A DNA stretch of 32,000 nucleotides from Nitrosospira multiformis ATCC 25196 (GCF_000196355.1 NC_007614.1:510001-542000), one strand, 5' to 3'. Numbered from the stretch's first letter, positions 16,523-29,995 are shown. The notes: generated by a model from the sequence alone, not told the origin. Made by a program: numbers and translations.

Positions 16523-16790
16523 TTAAATCGAAACAGGTCTTGGAACGCTCGCCCTGTTTGCAAATTCAGCCGGTATCAGATCATTGAGAGTCGAGTGAAG
16601 CGCTCTCGTTGTACCCCCACCAGTCCTCGACGATTGCTTTGATTTCTGCCAGCGTTCCAAACCAGTGCAAGTTAAAACACCCGTGCCGGAATGAAGCGCT
16701 ACTTCAACAATGCGTATTCAGTAGTCCGTCTGGACTATTGTCCAGCCCTGGCTGGAGGTCTATTTTGCTTGAAGTGGGTATAGGAATAAC
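16523..16790 (-). pseudogene. decayed C-terminal fragment of an IS3-family (IS2/IS407-like OrfB, DDE/rve) transposase
   Basis: Manual minus-strand translation gives KIDLQPGLDNSPDGLLNTHC*SSASFRHGCFNLHWFGTLAEIKAIVEDWWGYNES, then after a frameshift ALHSTLNDLIPAEFANRAS. This matches the conserved transposase tail ...PGKP.QNa.iESFNg.lRDEcLN.hWF.sL.eA...IE.WR.dYN..RPHSsLg.LTP.EFA. It contains an in-frame TGA and one frameshift, and no upstream catalytic region. Confidence 0.6.
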
Positions 16791-16808
16791 AAAGATTAGG
16801 AACTGAAT

Positions 16809-17534
16809 ATGAATCCCAAGCTTTTGAGACGGTTATCCAGCCTGGCAATAATAGCCACATCCCTTGCTTTTACCGTTCCCGCGGCTGCATATACTTTTCG
16901 GGATGATCCCTCTTCTACCTGGGGCGGCGACTCATTAACCGCAGCCCATACCAATGGGAACGTCTACACGGTCGAAAATCTTTTGGTCCAAAACACCACC
17001 GCGAATTCCCTGCCAGAATTGAACTTCACGATTCCTTTCGCATGGCAGAAGGTCGGCGAGACTTACTTGCCCATGGAATGGCGCAATGACCTGAACGGGT
17101 GGTACACCAGCAATTTCAACGATACTGGAACCAGCCTGACTGTTAAATTAACAAGTCCGGTTGCGGACACCGTAGCCATGGGGGAACTTGCGGATTTGAG
17201 CGGAAGCCGGCAACTCCCGTTGACGGAGCCATGTTTCTCCGGCTCGCCCAGTTGTCAGAGTGGAGTAGGCCGGCCGCCCGAAACCGGTAATACAACGGAT
17301 CTTATCCCTGTTTTTTCATTAGGTTCATTTGCACCAAACGAGGCAAAACGTTTTGATGTCTCGTTCACCTATACTTTCGGGGATAATAGGGCTGGGACCG
17401 ACGGCGCAACAACTTCGTTTTTTGGCTATACCGTTTCTCCCATTCCAGAACCGGGAACCTACGCCATGTTTCTAGTCGGTCTGGGCATGGTGGTTTTTAT
17501 GGCGCGCCCCAGGAAAGCTGGGATGGGTTCATAG
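16809..17534 (+). CDS. PEP-CTERM-sorted secreted protein of unknown function
   Basis: Signal peptide MNPKLLRRLSSLAIIATSLAFTVPAAA. C-terminus SPIPEPGTYAMFLVGLGMVVFMARPRKAG is PEP, then a TM helix, then basic residues. I do not recognise any domain in the ~180-aa body. Confidence 0.75.
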   Translation: MNPKLLRRLSSLAIIATSLAFTVPAAAYTFRDDPSSTWGGDSLTAAHTNGNVYTVENLLVQNTTANSLPELNFTIPFAWQKVGETYLPMEWRNDLNGWYTSNFNDTGTSLTVKLTSPVADTVAMGELADLSGSRQLPLTEPCFSGSPSCQSGVGRPPETGNTTDLIPVFSLGSFAPNEAKRFDVSFTYTFGDNRAGTDGATTSFFGYTVSPIPEPGTYAMFLVGLGMVVFMARPRKAGMGS

Positions 17535-17549
17535 GCGCATTCGGTTCCG

Positions 17550-17584
17550 CATGCAAACCCACGCTTGGACGTGGGGTTTGCATG
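17550..17584. terminator. hairpin between the convergent PEP-CTERM gene and ilvC
   Basis: CATGCAAACCCACG, loop CTTGGA, CGTGGGGTTTGCATG (14 bp with a one-base bulge), 15 nt after the stop at 17534. Confidence 0.45.
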
Positions 17585-17768
17585 TCAAGTCATTTGAAAC
17601 CCTTTTTCAAAATTCCCGCGATGAGGAAGAGGGAGACGTTTTTGCCCGTCAATACGCGACACTCCCATAGGTATTCAATCTATTTCCACTTCTGGGAGAG
17701 AACGGTATCATCTCTTATGGAATGAGGGGCAGCGGAACAACAGCATTAATACCCCTCCCAATGGCTTC

Positions 17769-18818
<1,050 letters not shown>

Positions 18819-18875
18819 TTAAACGCCAAGCCCGCAAGGCTCGGCTCTTCCCGGCGCAACTGTTGCTGGATTTCG

Positions 18876-19367
18876 TTAAACCTTCAATATCCGTTCGCCG
18901 CGACCGATGCCGGATGCACCGGTGCGTACCGTTTCCAGAATGGTCGTGTGATTCATGGCTTGGATGAATGCATCGAGCTTGGAACCGGTACCCGTCAATT
19001 CGATCGTGTACGATTTGTCGGTGACATCGATGATGCGCCCGCGAAAAATATCGGCCATGCGCTTTATCTCTTCGCGATCCTGGTCAACCGCCCGTACCTT
19101 GATCAGCATCAGTTCGCGCTCGATGTGATTGCCCTCACTCAAGTCAACCACCTTGACCACTTCAATGAGCTTGTTCAGTTGCTTCGTGATCTGCTCGATC
19201 ACGTCATCCGACCCGGTAGTGACCAGCGTCATGCGAGACAGGGTGGAATCTTCAGTAGCGGCGACCGTAAGCGATTCGATATTGTAGCCACGTGAGGAAA
19301 ACAGGCCGGCGACGCGAGACAGGGCACCTGCTTCGTTTTCCATCAAAAGTGAAATGATATGCCGCAT
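18876..19367 (-). CDS. ilvH: acetolactate synthase small (regulatory) subunit
   Basis: 163 aa. ACT-domain N-terminus MRHIISLLMENEAGALSRVAGLFSSRGYNIESLTVA. Starts 8 nt after the large-subunit stop. Confidence 0.9.
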   Translation of the reverse strand: MRHIISLLMENEAGALSRVAGLFSSRGYNIESLTVAATEDSTLSRMTLVTTGSDDVIEQITKQLNKLIEVVKVVDLSEGNHIERELMLIKVRAVDQDREEIKRMADIFRGRIIDVTDKSYTIELTGTGSKLDAFIQAMNHTTILETVRTGASGIGRGERILKV

Positions 19368-19375
19368 ATTTGTTT

Positions 19376-21079
19376 TTATACCAGAATCATTTCAGACAGA
19401 CCCTTGCCGCCCGGCACCATCGGGAATACGTTTTCGGTCTGGTCGGTGACGAAATCCATGAACACGAGCCTGTCCTTGAGCTTGAATGCTTCCTGCAAGG
19501 CGGCTTCGACATCGCCGGGCTGTTCGATCCGCATGCCGACATGGCCATAACTCTCCGCCAGCTTCACGAAATCGGGCAGCGCGTCCATGTAGGACTCCGC
19601 ATAGCGGTTGCCATGGAAGAATTCCTGCCACTGCCGCACCATTCCCATATAGCGGTTATTCAGGTTGATGATCTTGAGCGGAAGGTGATATTGCTTGCAG
19701 GTCGACAGCTCCTGGATGCACATCTGGATGCTGGCTTCGCCGGTAATGCAGGCCACGTTCGCACCTGGATTAGCCATCTGGACACCCATCGCCGAAGGCA
19801 GGCCGAAACCCATCGTTCCAAGCCCTCCGGAATTGATCCATCGCCGCGGCAGGTCGAATTTGTAAAATTGCGCTGCCCACATCTGGTGCTGACCGACATC
19901 CGAGGTAATGAAGGCATCGCCATTCGTTACCTTGTAGAGCGTTTCCACCACCCTCTGCGGCTTGATGATCGCGCTTGTGCGGTCATACCTGAGACAGTCG
20001 CGCTCCCGCCATGAATCGATCTGGCTCCACCAGGCGTCAAGAGCGGTCTGATCGGGTTTTTCCTTGCGCAGTTCAAGCAGTTTTATGAGTTCATCCAGCA
20101 CATCGGGGACATTGCCGACGATAGGAACGTCCACCTTGACACGCTTCGAAATGGAGGAAGGATCGATATCGATGTGAATGATCTTCCGGTCCGGATTATA
20201 GAAATGCTTCGGATTGCCGATGACACGATCATCGAAACGGGCACCTACAGCCACCAGCACGTCGCAATGCTGCATCGCCATGTTGGCCTCGTAAGTGCCA
20301 TGCATGCCCAGCATGCCCACAAACTGGGGGTCCGTTGCCGGATAACCCCCCAGGCCCATCAACGTGTTGGTGCAGGGAAAGCGCAGCAGGCGGACGAGTT
20401 CCGTCAACCGGGTAGCGGCGTCGCTGAGGATGACTCCCCCGCCGGTGTAGATCATCGGACGCCTGGCTTCCAGGATCAGTTGAACGGCTTTTTTGATCTG
20501 GCCGGCGTGCCCCCGGATGTTCGGATTATAGGAGCGCATTGTGACACGCTCGGGATAAACGAATTTTGTTTTCTGCTGACTCACGTCCTTCGGGATGTCG
20601 ACCAGCACCGGACCGGGACGCCCTGTCGAAGCGATATAGAACGCTTTCTTGATGGTGACGGCAAGCTCTGCGATATCCTTCACCAGAAAATTATGCTTCA
20701 CGCAGGGACGCGTGATGCCTACGGTATCGACTTCCTGGAACGCGTCCAAGCCGATGGCATGGGTGGGGACCTGCCCGCTGATGATGACGAGGGGAATCGA
20801 ATCCATATAGGCAGTGGCGATGCCGGTCACGGCGTTGGTCACACCCGGCCCGGAAGTGACCAGTGCCACCCCTACCTTGTTGCTGGAGCGGGCATAGCCG
20901 TCCGCGGCATGTACCGCGGCCTGTTCGTGCCGCACCAGGATATGCCTGACCTTATCCTGCTTGAACAATTCGTCATACAGGAACAGCACAGCGCCCCCGG
21001 GATAGCCGAAAATATGTTCTACCCCTTCCTCTTGTAAGCAACGCACCGTAATTTCGGCGCCCGTCAAATCCGCGCTCAT
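19376..21079 (-). CDS. ilvI: acetolactate synthase large (catalytic) subunit
   Basis: Start moved to MSADLTGAEI... (AGGAA RBS; 567 aa). ThDP-enzyme motifs: GYPGGAVL, GGLGTMGFGLPSAMG, GDGSF-like ITGEASIQM. Confidence 0.9.
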   Translation of the reverse strand: MSADLTGAEITVRCLQEEGVEHIFGYPGGAVLFLYDELFKQDKVRHILVRHEQAAVHAADGYARSSNKVGVALVTSGPGVTNAVTGIATAYMDSIPLVIISGQVPTHAIGLDAFQEVDTVGITRPCVKHNFLVKDIAELAVTIKKAFYIASTGRPGPVLVDIPKDVSQQKTKFVYPERVTMRSYNPNIRGHAGQIKKAVQLILEARRPMIYTGGGVILSDAATRLTELVRLLRFPCTNTLMGLGGYPATDPQFVGMLGMHGTYEANMAMQHCDVLVAVGARFDDRVIGNPKHFYNPDRKIIHIDIDPSSISKRVKVDVPIVGNVPDVLDELIKLLELRKEKPDQTALDAWWSQIDSWRERDCLRYDRTSAIIKPQRVVETLYKVTNGDAFITSDVGQHQMWAAQFYKFDLPRRWINSGGLGTMGFGLPSAMGVQMANPGANVACITGEASIQMCIQELSTCKQYHLPLKIINLNNRYMGMVRQWQEFFHGNRYAESYMDALPDFVKLAESYGHVGMRIEQPGDVEAALQEAFKLKDRLVFMDFVTDQTENVFPMVPGGKGLSEMILV

Positions 21080-21289
21080 GCTTTCCTGCGTTTCAAGATG
21101 TTGAATATCGGCAATATATGTTGGATTAAACATTAAACAGTAACGGTTAGGTGACTTTTGGTCAACAGTTCGAGTATGGAATCGACAGGTAGACAGGTAT
21201 ACGGGGCAATTTCAAATGCGCTAAAACCTTATCCGCCGCGTAATTCGCAAGCAGCTCAGGAATGACAGATCAGGAAGCCATGAATCAGA

Positions 21290-21313
21290 GCAGGGCGGGT
21301 CTCAAGACCCTGC
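21290..21313 (-). terminator. weak hairpin downstream of fur
   Basis: GCAGGG, 12-nt loop, CCCTGC (an alternative inner stem is GGGTC/GACCC). On the minus strand it is followed by TCTGATTC. Not canonical. Confidence 0.3.
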
Positions 21314-21399
21314 TTCTGAAGAACATGCGCATACAATCGCCGTACCGGGCCATAAATGTCACGATACTTGACTCTGCGCTCCATGAAGGGATGAAAAGC

Positions 21400-21849
21400 T
21401 TAACTTTTACTATCCTTTTCATCCCCTTTTCGATATGGACATGAGGGCTTGATGCAATCCGCGTAAAGTGAAAGCGAGTGCTCGTGTATGGCAAATCCGC
21501 GTTCACGGGCAATTTTAATCTGACGCTTCTCGATTTCGGCGTCATAAAATTCTTCCACCCTGCCGCATTGCAGGCAGACCAGATGGTCATGATGGGCGTC
21601 GCTGGCAAGCTCAAACACTGCCTTGCCGCCTTCAAAATGGTGGCGCTCGAGCAACCCGGCCTGTTCAAACTGGGTCAGTACCCGGTAGACCGTGGCCAGA
21701 CCGATATCATCGCCTTCGCTGATGAGCGTTCTGTAAACATCCTCCGCAGAGAGATGCCGGACAGGACTGCTTTCGAACAGACTCAGTATTCTAAGGCGCG
21801 GCAGCGTAGCCTTCAAGCCCATGGTCTTAAGATTGCTCGGATTACTCAT
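21400..21849 (-). CDS. fur: ferric uptake regulator family transcriptional repressor
   Basis: [14 protein letters not shown]...HLSAEDVYR (winged helix), [16 protein letters not shown] (metal sites). The track start at 21867 is a TTG, so the ATG at 21849 (MSNPSNLK) is preferred. Divergent from bamE, as in many proteobacteria. Confidence 0.85.
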   Translation of the reverse strand: MSNPSNLKTMGLKATLPRLRILSLFESSPVRHLSAEDVYRTLISEGDDIGLATVYRVLTQFEQAGLLERHHFEGGKAVFELASDAHHDHLVCLQCGRVEEFYDAEIEKRQIKIARERGFAIHEHSLSLYADCIKPSCPYRKGDEKDSKS

Positions 21850-21922
21850 AGTGCATCCAATCGTCAAGTTATTTGCTGTATCATATAACGTTAAGTTTGC
21901 TTTGGAAACCTACGTCGCCGCG

Positions 21923-23475
<1,553 letters not shown>

Positions 23476-23739
23476 GCGGCGGCCTCGGTGCTCGCATTCG
23501 TTCTCGCTTCCAGTGCATTTTCTTCCGAATCCTCCGATCCTCGGGAAGTACATTAGGGGATTGATCGCACGGATGCAGCGGCGAGGATCTGACGGAGATT
23601 TTCGATTTGTGAGAGGCGAATACGACAGCCCGGCTCGGGAAGGTCTCCATAGGAGCAGGTAGCTTGTTCCTCATTCCTTGTTCCCTTACTGCTCCATTCC
23701 CGCTTCGCGAGAGATTCACTGTGCTGCGCTGCCGGTTCA

Positions 23740-23768
23740 TTGAAGCATTGTCCTTTTGGACGTATAAT
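23740..23768 (+). promoter_or_regulatory. sigma70-type promoter for carAB
   Basis: TTGAAG (23740-23745), 17-bp spacer, TATAAT (23763-23768), about 70 nt upstream of the carA GTG. Confidence 0.55.
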
Positions 23769-23839
23769 TTCCGTATTTGAAGCGGCGCAAAGGGAACCTC
23801 GCGCCGTTTCTGCCTTGTCCCAATTCCCAGGAGTCTTCC

Positions 23840-24991
23840 GTGCCACAACATTCGTATGCCGTCCTCGCGCTTGCTGACGGCACAGTTTTTCGCGGCATGT
23901 CCATCGGCGCGGAAGGCATCAGCACAGGGGAGGTGGTCTTCAACACCTCGATGACGGGATATCAGGAAATTCTCACGGATCCCTCCTACTGTCGCCAGAT
24001 CGTTACCCTCACTTATCCCCATATAGGCAATACAGGCACCAATCCGGATGACGTGGAGTCCGGCAATATCGACCGGGTATATGCCGCCGGGTTGGTGATA
24101 AGAGATCTGCCGTTGGCTTCCAGCAACTGGCGCGAAACGCAGACGTTGCCAGAGTATCTCAGGCAGCAGGGGGTGGTCGCCATCGCCGACATCGATACCC
24201 GCAAGCTCACACGCATTCTGCGGGAAAAGGGCGCTCAGGCAGGCTGCATCATTGCGGGTCAGCCGGATGAAACGGAGGCGCTGAAGCTGGCCAGGGAATT
24301 TCCGGGTCTTGCCGGAATGGACCTGGCCAAAGTGGTAAGCTGCCTGCAGCCTTATGAGTGGAACGAAGGGGAATGGCGGCTGGGGCAGGGTTACCCGGTT
24401 CAATCTCATCCCCGTTTTCATGTTGCAGCGATGGATTTCGGAATAAAACGAAACATTCTGCGCAAGCTTGCACAGCGCGGCTGCCAAATCACCGTATTCC
24501 CCGCGCAGACAACCGCGGACGAGATTCTGGCATCGCAACCTGACGGAATATTCCTTTCGAATGGACCGGGTGATCCCGAGCCTTGCGACTACGCTATCGA
24601 GACAACCAGAAGACTGCTGGAAAAGGAAATACCGGTTTTCGGCGTGTGCATGGGTCACCAGTTGCTAGGGCTGGCAACAGGCGCCAGAACCATAAAAATG
24701 AAATTTGGCCATCACGGCGCCAACCATCCGGTTCAGGATCTGGGGACGGGAAAAGTGATCATAACCAGTCAGAATCACGGGTTTGCGGTGGATACGGCCA
24801 CTTTGCCGGCAAATGCAAGAGTTACGCATTTATCTTTATTCGATGGCAGCTTGCAAGGATTTGAGTTGGCGGGAAAGCCTGTATTCTGCTTTCAGGGGCA
24901 TCCCGAAGCGAGTCCGGGTCCGCATGACCTGGACTATCTGTTCGATAAATTTGCGGGATTGATGGAGAGAAAACGGACGAAAGCGATATGA
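23840..24991 (+). CDS. carA: carbamoyl-phosphate synthase small (glutamine amidotransferase) subunit
   Basis: GTG start, with AGGAG 6 nt upstream. The resulting N-terminus [19 protein letters not shown] matches the CarA consensus. Triad motif GVCMGHQLL. The track start at 23777 is a 5' over-extension. Confidence 0.9.
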   Translation: MPQHSYAVLALADGTVFRGMSIGAEGISTGEVVFNTSMTGYQEILTDPSYCRQIVTLTYPHIGNTGTNPDDVESGNIDRVYAAGLVIRDLPLASSNWRETQTLPEYLRQQGVVAIADIDTRKLTRILREKGAQAGCIIAGQPDETEALKLAREFPGLAGMDLAKVVSCLQPYEWNEGEWRLGQGYPVQSHPRFHVAAMDFGIKRNILRKLAQRGCQITVFPAQTTADEILASQPDGIFLSNGPGDPEPCDYAIETTRRLLEKEIPVFGVCMGHQLLGLATGARTIKMKFGHHGANHPVQDLGTGKVIITSQNHGFAVDTATLPANARVTHLSLFDGSLQGFELAGKPVFCFQGHPEASPGPHDLDYLFDKFAGLMERKRTKAI

Positions 24992-25036
24992 AGCCGGAAA
25001 GCCATCCGCTCTTTCCCATTATCGTCCCTCCCACTT

Positions 25037-28000
25037 ATGCCTAAACGTAACGACATCAAGTCCATCCTTATCATTGGCGCCGGTCCCATCATCATAGGCC
25101 AGGCGTGCGAGTTTGATTATTCAGGTGCCCAGGCGTGCAAAGCGCTGAGGGAAGAGGGTTACCGGACCATTCTGGTGAATTCCAATCCGGCAACGATCAT
25201 GACGGATCCGGAAACGGCCGATGTGACCTACATCGAGCCTATCATCTGGCCGATGGTCGAAAAAATCATTGCCATCGAACGCCCGGATGCGCTCCTGCCC
25301 ACCATGGGAGGGCAGACAGCATTGAACTGCGCGCTGGACCTGGCAAAGAACGGTGTACTGGACAAATACGGAGTCGAATTGATCGGCGCCTCGCGCGAAG
25401 CAATCGACAAGGCCGAGGATCGCGAAAAATTCAAGCAGGCCATGACCCGTATCGGCCTCGGTTCCGCGCGTTCCGCCATTGCCCATAGCCTGGAGGAAGC
25501 ATTGCAGGTCCAGGCAATGGTGGGTTATCCCGCCATTATTCGCCCATCATTCACGCTGGGAGGGAGTGGCGGCGGTATCGCCTATAACCGCGAGGAGTTT
25601 CTCGAAATCTGCGAGCGCGGACTGGAAGCCTCTCCGACGAAGGAACTGCTGATCGAGGAATCGGTTATCGGCTGGAAAGAGTTCGAGATGGAAGTCATAC
25701 GCGACAGGAACGACAACTGCATTATTGTCTGCGCCATCGAAAACGTCGATCCCATGGGGGTTCACACAGGCGACTCCATCACGGTTGCGCCCGCGCAAAC
25801 GCTGACCGACAAGGAATATCAGATCATGCGCGATGCCTCCATAGCGGTCTTGCGCGAAATCGGGGTTGAAACTGGCGGTTCCAATGTGCAGTTTGCCATC
25901 AATCCGGAGGATGGGCGCATGCTCGTGATTGAAATGAATCCCCGGGTTTCACGCTCATCCGCACTGGCTTCAAAAGCCACCGGCTTTCCCATTGCCAAGG
26001 TGGCAGCCAAGCTTGCCGTAGGCTACACCCTGGACGAACTCAGGAACGATATTTCGGGCGGCGCAATGCCGGCATCTTTCGAGCCGTCCATAGATTACGT
26101 CGTCACCAAGATACCGCGCTTTGCTTTCGAAAAATTTCCCCAGGCCAACGCTCGCCTCACCACCCAGATGAAATCGGTAGGGGAAGTCATGGCCATCGGA
26201 CGGACATTTCAGGAATCTCTGCAGAAAGCGTTGCGCGGACTGGAAATCGGGGTTGATGGACTGGATGAGAAAACGACCGATATTGAAACTGTCGCGGCCG
26301 AACTCGCATATCCTGGTCCCGAACGAATCTGGTATGTCGCGGACGCCTTTCGCTGCGGCATGGCATTTGATGAGATACATGCGCACACCCACATCGATCC
26401 CTGGTTTCTGACGCAGATAGAAGATTTGATACGGCAGGAACGGTCGATTACGGGAACGCCGCTGGAGGCGCTTGATTTTTCCACGTTCCGCAAGCTGAAA
26501 CGCAGCGGCTTTTCCGACCGGCGGCTTGCCCGGCTGATGAGCGTGACACCCGAGGCAGTCCGCTCAAGACGTCATCAGCTCGATCTTCGTCCGGTTTACA
26601 AGCGTGTCGATACCTGCGCGGCCGAATTCGCGACATATACGGCTTACATGTATTCCACTTACGAAGAAGAATGCGAGGCGCTGCCAAGCGATAATAAGAA
26701 AATCATGGTGCTCGGCGGGGGACCCAACCGCATAGGCCAGGGTATCGAGTTCGACTACTGCTGTGTCCACGCCGCCCTGGCTTTGCGCGAGGATGGTTTC
26801 GAGACCATCATGGTCAACTGCAACCCTGAAACGGTTTCGACCGATTACGATACGTCCGACCGCCTTTATTTCGAACCCTTGACACTGGAGGACGTGCTCG
26901 AAATAGTAGCCGTCGAGAAGCCTGCAGGCGTCATCGTGCAATTCGGGGGCCAGACTCCGCTGAAACTTGCGCGCGATCTCGAGGCGAATGGCGTGCCGAT
27001 CATCGGCACCAGTCCGGACATGATCGATTGCGCCGAGGATAGGGAACGTTTTCAGAAAATGCTGCACCAGCTTGGGCTGAAACAGCCGCCCAACCGTACT
27101 GCGCGCACGGCGGAGGAGGCATTCGCTGCGGCGGAAGAGATCGGTTATCCGCTGGTGGTACGCCCGAGCTATGTATTGGGCGGGCGGGCCATGGAAATCG
27201 TCCATGAGCAGACGCACCTGGAGCGTTACATGAAAGAGGCGGTAAAGGTCTCGCACGATTCCCCGGTGCTGCTGGATCATTTTCTGAACGATGCGGTGGA
27301 AGTGGACGTGGATGCGGTTTCGGACGGAGAGAACGTCCTGATCGGGGGCATCATGGAGCACATCGAACAGGCAGGCGTGCATTCGGGCGACTCCGCCTGT
27401 TCGCTGCCTCCCTACAGCTTATCTGCCCGGCTGCAGGACGAGTTGCGCCGCCAGACGGCGGCAATGGCGCGCGCGCTCAACGTGGTGGGGCTGATGAACG
27501 TGCAATTCGCCATCCAGAACGATATCGTCTACGTACTGGAAGTCAATCCAAGAGCGTCCCGGACCGTGCCGTTCGTCTCCAAGGCTACCGGCATCCCCTT
27601 GGCAAAAATATCCGCCCGTTGCATGACAGGGGTGAGCCTGGTTCATCAGGACAGGGTTCGTGAGGTAATTCCGGACTACTATTCAGTCAAGGAGGCTGTC
27701 TTCCCTTTTATCAAGTTTCCCGGCGTGGACACCATACTCGGGCCCGAAATGAAATCGACCGGTGAAGTGATGGGAGTAGGGCAGACATTTGCAGAAGCCT
27801 TCGTCAAGTCCCAGTTGGCAGCGGGAGTGAAACTTCCGCGGAGCGGGAAGGTCTTCATAAGCGTACGCCAGGCGGACAAACCGCGCGTGGTTGAAATCGC
27901 CCGCAATCTTGCTCAGCTAGGGTTTACGCTTTATGCTACCCGTGGCACCGCCGCGGTTCTGAGTGCGGCAGGGCTGTCCGTGACGCCGGTAAACAAGATG

Positions 28001-28264
28001 TCGGAAGGACGTCCCCATATCGTAGACATGATCAAGAACGGGGAGATGGACCTGATCATCAATACAGTGGAAGACAAGCGGAGCGTCCATGACTCCTACT
28101 CGATTCGGCATGCGGTACTGCAAGCGCGGGTAACATACTATACTACGTTAGCCGGGGCGCGGGCCGCCTGCGTAGGCATGGCAAACATGCAGGAATTGCA
28201 TGCCTACGGGTTGCAGCAACTCCACGAATCGCGGGAGGCAGCCTCTCTGAACCCCGCTTCCTGA
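25037..28264 (+). CDS. carB: carbamoyl-phosphate synthase large subunit
   Basis: 1075 aa. Duplicated ATP-grasp halves ([30 protein letters not shown]..., ...[22 protein letters not shown]) and a C-terminal MGS-like allosteric domain. Confidence 0.95.
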   Translation: MPKRNDIKSILIIGAGPIIIGQACEFDYSGAQACKALREEGYRTILVNSNPATIMTDPETADVTYIEPIIWPMVEKIIAIERPDALLPTMGGQTALNCALDLAKNGVLDKYGVELIGASREAIDKAEDREKFKQAMTRIGLGSARSAIAHSLEEALQVQAMVGYPAIIRPSFTLGGSGGGIAYNREEFLEICERGLEASPTKELLIEESVIGWKEFEMEVIRDRNDNCIIVCAIENVDPMGVHTGDSITVAPAQTLTDKEYQIMRDASIAVLREIGVETGGSNVQFAINPEDGRMLVIEMNPRVSRSSALASKATGFPIAKVAAKLAVGYTLDELRNDISGGAMPASFEPSIDYVVTKIPRFAFEKFPQANARLTTQMKSVGEVMAIGRTFQESLQKALRGLEIGVDGLDEKTTDIETVAAELAYPGPERIWYVADAFRCGMAFDEIHAHTHIDPWFLTQIEDLIRQERSITGTPLEALDFSTFRKLKRSGFSDRRLARLMSVTPEAVRSRRHQLDLRPVYKRVDTCAAEFATYTAYMYSTYEEECEALPSDNKKIMVLGGGPNRIGQGIEFDYCCVHAALALREDGFETIMVNCNPETVSTDYDTSDRLYFEPLTLEDVLEIVAVEKPAGVIVQFGGQTPLKLARDLEANGVPIIGTSPDMIDCAEDRERFQKMLHQLGLKQPPNRTARTAEEAFAAAEEIGYPLVVRPSYVLGGRAMEIVHEQTHLERYMKEAVKVSHDSPVLLDHFLNDAVEVDVDAVSDGENVLIGGIMEHIEQAGVHSGDSACSLPPYSLSARLQDELRRQTAAMARALNVVGLMNVQFAIQNDIVYVLEVNPRASRTVPFVSKATGIPLAKISARCMTGVSLVHQDRVREVIPDYYSVKEAVFPFIKFPGVDTILGPEMKSTGEVMGVGQTFAEAFVKSQLAAGVKLPRSGKVFISVRQADKPRVVEIARNLAQLGFTLYATRGTAAVLSAAGLSVTPVNKMSEGRPHIVDMIKNGEMDLIINTVEDKRSVHDSYSIRHAVLQARVTYYTTLAGARAACVGMANMQELHAYGLQQLHESREAASLNPAS

Positions 28265-28371
28265 AGCGAGAACTTTGAACTTAAATTTTGAATTGCCCAA
28301 GGAGGCCGTGCTCCGGTATAGCAATATCGAACAACAGGCACACCGATCCAAAACAGGTAGCAGAAGAGACT

Positions 28372-28848
28372 ATGAGTACAATTCCCTTGACAGTGACAGG
28401 CGCGGGAAAACTGCGCGCCGAATTGCATGAGATGAAAACGGTTCAGCGACCCGCCGTGATTGCGGCCATTGCGGAAGCTCGATCCCATGGTGATCTTTCC
28501 GAAAACGCCGAATACGAGGCGGCCAAGGAACGTCAGGGTTTTATCGAAGGACGTATTGCTGAACTTGAGAGCAAGCTCTCCAATGCCCAGATCATCGATC
28601 CTGCGACGCTGGATGCGGATGGAGCTTGCGTATTCGGTGCAACCATCGATCTGGAGGATGTCGAATCTGCCACAACCGTTACTTATCAGATTGTCGGGGA
28701 TGATGAGGCGGATATCAAGGAGGGAAAGATTTCCATCAGTTCCCCTATCTCTCGCGCTCTGATAGGCAAATATCCGGGGGATGTGGCTGAGGTGATGGCG
28801 CCGGGCGGGGTGCGGGAGTATGAAATTCTCGACGTGAGATACATTTGA
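28372..28848 (+). CDS. greA: transcription elongation factor GreA
   Basis: Start moved to [22 protein letters not shown] (158 aa). Motifs: [31 protein letters not shown]. Confidence 0.9.
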   Translation: MSTIPLTVTGAGKLRAELHEMKTVQRPAVIAAIAEARSHGDLSENAEYEAAKERQGFIEGRIAELESKLSNAQIIDPATLDADGACVFGATIDLEDVESATTVTYQIVGDDEADIKEGKISISSPISRALIGKYPGDVAEVMAPGGVREYEILDVRYI

Positions 28849-28890
28849 GGAGGTTCCCAGGCGCGGGAACCGGGAACTCCTGCTCTTTTT
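28849..28890 (+). terminator. rho-independent terminator of greA
   Basis: GGAG(G)TTCCC pairs with GGGAACTCC (9 bp, one bulge; an alternative inner stem is GGTTCCC/GGGAACC). It is followed by TGCTCTTTTT. Confidence 0.6.
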
Positions 28891-29057
28891 CACGTTGAAT
28901 AGCTTGAATTATATAGGTCCTGTCCGAATGTGTTCTCGGCGGGATGCGTTCCTCCCGGATTCGGATATGGGAATCCATATTAGCCCACGATCGGAGCAGC
29001 CAAGGCCAATGAGCACTTCGACTGCTTCATTGCCAGTGGCCCCATCCCCGGTTTGCT

Positions 29058-29345
29058 TCAGCTGTTCGTTTTTTCGGGTTCAGGACGGTAAATCACCAGC
29101 ATCTTGCCGATGTGCTGCACGGGCGCAGCGTTGAGGCGCCCGCAGATTTTCTCCAGTAACGCGTTTCGTATTTCCCAGTCGGCGCTCGCCACTTTGATTT
29201 TGATCAGTTCGTGGCTTTTAAGTCGCTGATCCAGTTCGTTCACCACATTGTCCGATAAACCCGCTGCCCCTATCCAGACGACCGGCTTGAGGGCATGTGC
29301 GCGCGCCTTGAGCCCGCGTCTGAAATCTGGAGTAAGTGCTAACAT
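29058..29345 (-). CDS. yhbY: ribosome assembly RNA-binding protein YhbY (CRM domain)
   Basis: MLALTPDFRRGLKARAHALKPVVWIGAAGLSDNVVNELDQRLKSHELIKIKV... matches the YhbY consensus. Divergent from rlmE. The start could be 29366. Confidence 0.8.
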   Translation of the reverse strand: MLALTPDFRRGLKARAHALKPVVWIGAAGLSDNVVNELDQRLKSHELIKIKVASADWEIRNALLEKICGRLNAAPVQHIGKMLVIYRPEPEKTNS

Positions 29346-29374
29346 ATCTTCTTTCACGACGATCATTTTACGCG

Positions 29375-29995
29375 ATGAAGCGAACCAAAACCAGCAAGGC
29401 CTGGATGAAGGAGCATGTGAATGACTTTTTTGTCAGGCAGGCAAAAAAGGAAGGCTACCGCTCACGCGCGGCCTATAAGCTGATGGAGATCGCCGAACGC
29501 GATCACTTGTTCAAGCCGGGCATGACGGTAGTAGATCTTGGCGCTGCTCCCGGCGGGTGGTCGCAGGTAGCAGCGGAGAAGCTCAAGGGCAAGGGTAGAG
29601 CGGTTGCCTTGGATATCCTGGAAATGGCGCCCATATCCGGCGTAACCTTCATTCAGGGAGATTTCCGCGAAGCGTCTGTCCTGGCCGAATTGAAGGAACA
29701 ATTGAAGGATTTGCCCGTTGACCTTGTAATTTGCGATATGTCACCTAATATAACGGGCATACGGGTAATTGATCAAACGCGGGGCATGCACCTGGCGGAG
29801 CTGGCTCTCGAGTTTTGTACCGAGCAGTTGAACTCTGGCGGCAACTTCCTCGTCAAAGTATTTCAAGGTTCTGGTTTTGACGAGTTTTTTCGCGCGATGC
29901 GCGCTACATTCCATCGGGTGGTAACACGTAAACCCTTGGCATCACGGGGTCGGAGCAGTGAAATCTATTTGCTGGGGCTGGGAAAGCGGGATTAG
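29375..29995 (+). CDS. rlmE: 23S rRNA (uridine2552-2'-O)-methyltransferase
   Basis: Start moved to MKRTKTSKAWMKEHVNDFFV (206 aa). SAM motif VVDLGAAPGGWSQV. Catalytic DMSPNITG and KVFQG. Confidence 0.9.
   Translation: MKRTKTSKAWMKEHVNDFFVRQAKKEGYRSRAAYKLMEIAERDHLFKPGMTVVDLGAAPGGWSQVAAEKLKGKGRAVALDILEMAPISGVTFIQGDFREASVLAELKEQLKDLPVDLVICDMSPNITGIRVIDQTRGMHLAELALEFCTEQLNSGGNFLVKVFQGSGFDEFFRAMRATFHRVVTRKPLASRGRSSEIYLLGLGKRD

Noticed and set aside
21080-21399. Branched-chain amino acid leader peptide or attenuator upstream of ilvI
   Set aside because: The only short ORF (MRMFFRSRVLRPALL) is not Val/Ile/Leu-enriched in the expected way, and no alternative terminator or antiterminator pair is evident.
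21850-21922. Fur box in the fur-bamE divergent spacer (GTTAT...ATAAC)
   Set aside because: There is only a 5-bp inverted repeat with a 13-bp gap, and the match to the GATAATGATAATCATTATC consensus is poor.
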